Source of the DNA: Azolla caroliniana
Taxonomy: Eukaryota; Plantae; Polypodiophyta
Length of the DNA stretch: 64,000 bases
Direction: 5' to 3'
NCBI GenBank assembly: GCA_043228905.1
Contig: JBHGNT010000016.1
Coordinates: 4,464,001 to 4,528,000, forward strand
Shown here: positions 63,610 to 64,000 of the stretch, piece after piece
How the letters are laid out: every line of letters begins with the position of its first letter
Numbering within the stretch: position 1 is the stretch's first letter
The notes under the pieces: generated by a model
Databases searched by the model: none
Seen by the model: only the letters and a program-made list of their open reading frames with translations
What the model was told of the DNA's origin: nothing
Made by a program: the position numbers and the translations under genes

Positions 63610-64000
63610 ATTTCTTTATATTCTCCTTCTTCCTTTAACTACATCTTTAAAGGTTGTCACATGTATAAATGGATCATAGAACCTCACATACTCCAATGCA
63701 TTTGCAAACATTCTTTTTCATAAATTTGCAAAGGAATGAGTCTGTTATTGTAAAGAATCTAGTATGATTCTTGTGTAGCGGAATAGGTGTGAACTGTGTG
63801 TGTATATGAGAGAGAGAGAGTGAGAGAGAGAGAGACAAGGAATAATACACAGAGAATACGCAAGGTAAAAGTATATTAACAAAGGAGAAAGACTCGACCC
63901 AATACAAGGTGGGACGAGGGTGCTTTATATAGTCACCCTCTCTCTTCATTAACTACAAGACTCATGGAGCATGGGGAATGTGAAAGCTCATAAGTTATGT

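Overview
Eukaryotic, TE-rich nuclear DNA. It is most likely from a non-seed land plant (inferred from spliceosomal introns, (GA)n tracts, iMet/Trp/Arg primer sites and C>T decay). The window is bracketed by two tandem copies of a MACPF-like + VLIG/GVIN1-type very large GTPase gene: an apparently intact copy at 1740-9565 (~2105 aa after splicing) and a truncated pseudogene at 59618-63609. Between them lie a truncated Ty1/copia element carrying a small Ty3/gypsy insert, and an intron-containing pseudogene for a ParB/Srx-like domain fused to a beta-class N4C/N6A DNA methyltransferase (minus strand, 57770->16747). That pseudogene is split in frame by a 38-kb nest of LTR retrotransposons (19053-57187, TSD CAAAT). 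Main novelties: (1) a non-chromovirus Ty3/gypsy lineage with an inverted tRNA-Arg-type primer-binding site, 2 nt from the 3' LTR, where the polypurine tract should be, suggesting tRNA priming of both strands; the same lineage carries a ~1000-aa uncharacterised accessory ORF with a conserved C-terminal I-x-D-I-L-[ED]-E-[ED] motif; (2) the spliced ParB-methyltransferase; (3) the pore-former-like/GVIN GTPase with hypervariable exon patches; (4) a tRNA-Trp-primed gypsy lineage with 4-bp CG-centred target sites. All family assignments come from motif recognition by eye, not database searches.
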